27,492 bases of DNA, taken from Myxococcota bacterium. GTDB lineage: Bacteria; Myxococcota; XYA12-FULL-58-9; JALHOP01. Location of the stretch: positions 1 to 27,492 of the forward strand of contig JBGGMJ010000057.1 of the NCBI GenBank assembly GCA_041288095.1. The letters run 5' to 3'. The notes beneath the pieces were generated by a model that was not told the origin of the DNA, did not search any database, and saw nothing but the letters and a program-made list of their open reading frames with translations. Positions 26,046 to 27,492 of this stretch are shown here, in pieces. A program made the position numbers and the translations under genes. Positions within the stretch are counted from its first letter, which is position 1. Each line of letters opens with the position of its first letter.

Positions 26046-27492
26046 ATGTCCGACGCGCAGGTCTTCGGGAAGTATCGGTTGGTGCGCCGCCTCGCGTTTG
26101 GCGGGATGGCCGAGATCTTCCTGGCGAGGCTCGTGGGCGACCAGGGCTTCGAGAAGACCTTGGTGCTCAAGCGCATCCTGCCGCAGTTCTCGAGTGACCC
26201 AGACTTCACGCGTATGTTCGTCGACGAGGCCGTTTTAGCGGCCAGGCTGACGCATCCGAACGTCGCGCAGATCTACGACTTCGGTGAGGTCGACGGCATC
26301 TACTTCATCACCATGGAGCTGGTCGACGGTGCCGATCTCCGTCGTGTCATCAAAGGCGCGTTCGAGCGCGGCCGTGGTTTGTTGGCGGTCGAGGTCGCGG
26401 CGATTGGCGAAGGCATGGCACGCGGGCTCGCCTACGTGCACGCGCTCGAGACGGACGATGGCAAGTCGCTCGGGATCGTTCACCGCGACATCAGCCCGCA
26501 CAATGTCATGCTGACGCGCGGCGGTGATGTGAAGATCATGGACTTCGGCATCGCCAAGGCGGCGGCGCGCGCGACCCACACCGCGACCGGGACCATCAAA
26601 GGCAAGCTCGCGTACATGGCGCCCGAGCAAGCGCTGGCCGAGGAGCTCGACAAGCGCGCTGACCAATACGCGGTCGGGCTCACGCTCTGGGAGTGCTTGG
26701 TCGGGCGGCGGGTCTTCGATGGCGACAGCGAGCCCGAGCTGCTCAGCAAGGTCGCGGCGGGGCGCGTGCGCGACGTGCGCGCCGAAAAAGCCGACGTACC
26801 CGAGCCCCTCGCGCGGATCATCATGCGCATGCTGGCGCTGAAACGCGAGGACCGTTACCCCGACATGCGGGACGTCGAGCAGGACCTGGTGGCGTTTCGC
26901 TACGGCCTGGGAGCCGCGGGCGCGGTGCGCTTGTCCGGGATAGTGGACGAGGTGGCGCCGCGCGAGACGCCGAAGCCGACGGCCTCACCCGCGCGCATGA
27001 CCGCTGTGTTGCCCTCATCGGAGCCGTCGCAACCCGGCACCCAAGAGCTGTCGATGGAGAGCGGCTGGTCGGCCGCCGGAGAGACCGAAGCTACGCGGGC
27101 CGCGACGCCCGAGATGGTGGCGCCGGCCGCGCCGACGGTGCTGCTGCCGAAGCGCGCACGGGTGGGGGCGTGGACAGTGGCGGTGCTGGTCACGCTGCTC
27201 GTCGCCGCGGGGGGCGCGACAATCGCGGCGCGCATGGTCGCGGCGCGGCGAGCGCAGGTGACGATTGCGAGTGAGCCTGCGGGCGCTTCGCTGTCGTTGG
27301 TGGTGGATGGGGAGACGTTGGCGACGGGGCTCGTGACGCCGGCGACTTTGAATGATCGGCGGATAGGGGAGGAGCTCGCATATCGGTTGGAGCTCGCGGG
27401 GTACGTGCCGCTCGCGGGGACAGTCGACATCGAGCGGGCGGAGGAGACGATCAAGCAGACACTCAAGCCGGTTGCCGAGCAGCCGAGCACCG
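26046..27492 (+). CDS. Membrane Ser/Thr protein kinase with extracytoplasmic PEGA-like domain (partial, runs off the right edge)
   Basis: Absent from the ORF track because it has no stop. Manual translation gives MSDAQVFGKYRLVRRLAFGGMAEIFLA...VLKRILP...HRDISPHN...DFGIAK...YMAPEQ, a TM segment WTVAVLVTLLVAAGGATIA, then VTIASEPAGA...LELAGY. Confidence 0.93.
   Translation, partial: MSDAQVFGKYRLVRRLAFGGMAEIFLARLVGDQGFEKTLVLKRILPQFSSDPDFTRMFVDEAVLAARLTHPNVAQIYDFGEVDGIYFITMELVDGADLRRVIKGAFERGRGLLAVEVAAIGEGMARGLAYVHALETDDGKSLGIVHRDISPHNVMLTRGGDVKIMDFGIAKAAARATHTATGTIKGKLAYMAPEQALAEELDKRADQYAVGLTLWECLVGRRVFDGDSEPELLSKVAAGRVRDVRAEKADVPEPLARIIMRMLALKREDRYPDMRDVEQDLVAFRYGLGAAGAVRLSGIVDEVAPRETPKPTASPARMTAVLPSSEPSQPGTQELSMESGWSAAGETEATRAATPEMVAPAAPTVLLPKRARVGAWTVAVLVTLLVAAGGATIAARMVAARRAQVTIASEPAGASLSLVVDGETLATGLVTPATLNDRRIGEELAYRLELAGYVPLAGTVDIERAEETIKQTLKPVAEQPST

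Overview
GC-rich bacterial window with a gene content typical of Myxococcota/deltaproteobacteria (eukaryote-like Ser/Thr kinase with a PEGA-like tail, Cys-rich giant lipoprotein, DivIVA beside yggS/yggU); the taxonomy is inferred. From left to right: a tightly coupled minus-strand MCE/Mla-type operon (lipoprotein, putative outer-membrane protein, STAS-MlaE, MlaF, truncated MlaD), a hypothetical gene, TauE, Bax inhibitor-1, a 25-codon ORF coupled to a hybrid histidine kinase, an SDR, an exported protein, tcdA and an M16 peptidase. Next comes a ~670 bp cassette (14227-14899): an antisense four-helix-bundle (IVP/Avd-like) gene bracketed by same-orientation TCGGNNN heptamer arrays and dense hairpins, one a 29-bp stem covering its ribosome-binding site. 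Then maf-yggS-divIVA-yggU, a small beta-barrel-like protein, a 1398-aa Ig-like/Kelch-like lipoprotein, sthA, an atypical GAF-GGDEF protein, small hypotheticals and a truncated Ser/Thr kinase. The four-helix-bundle cassette is the most unusual element. No rRNA, tRNA, CRISPR array or transposase was recognised. All family calls come from motif recognition by eye, not from database searches.
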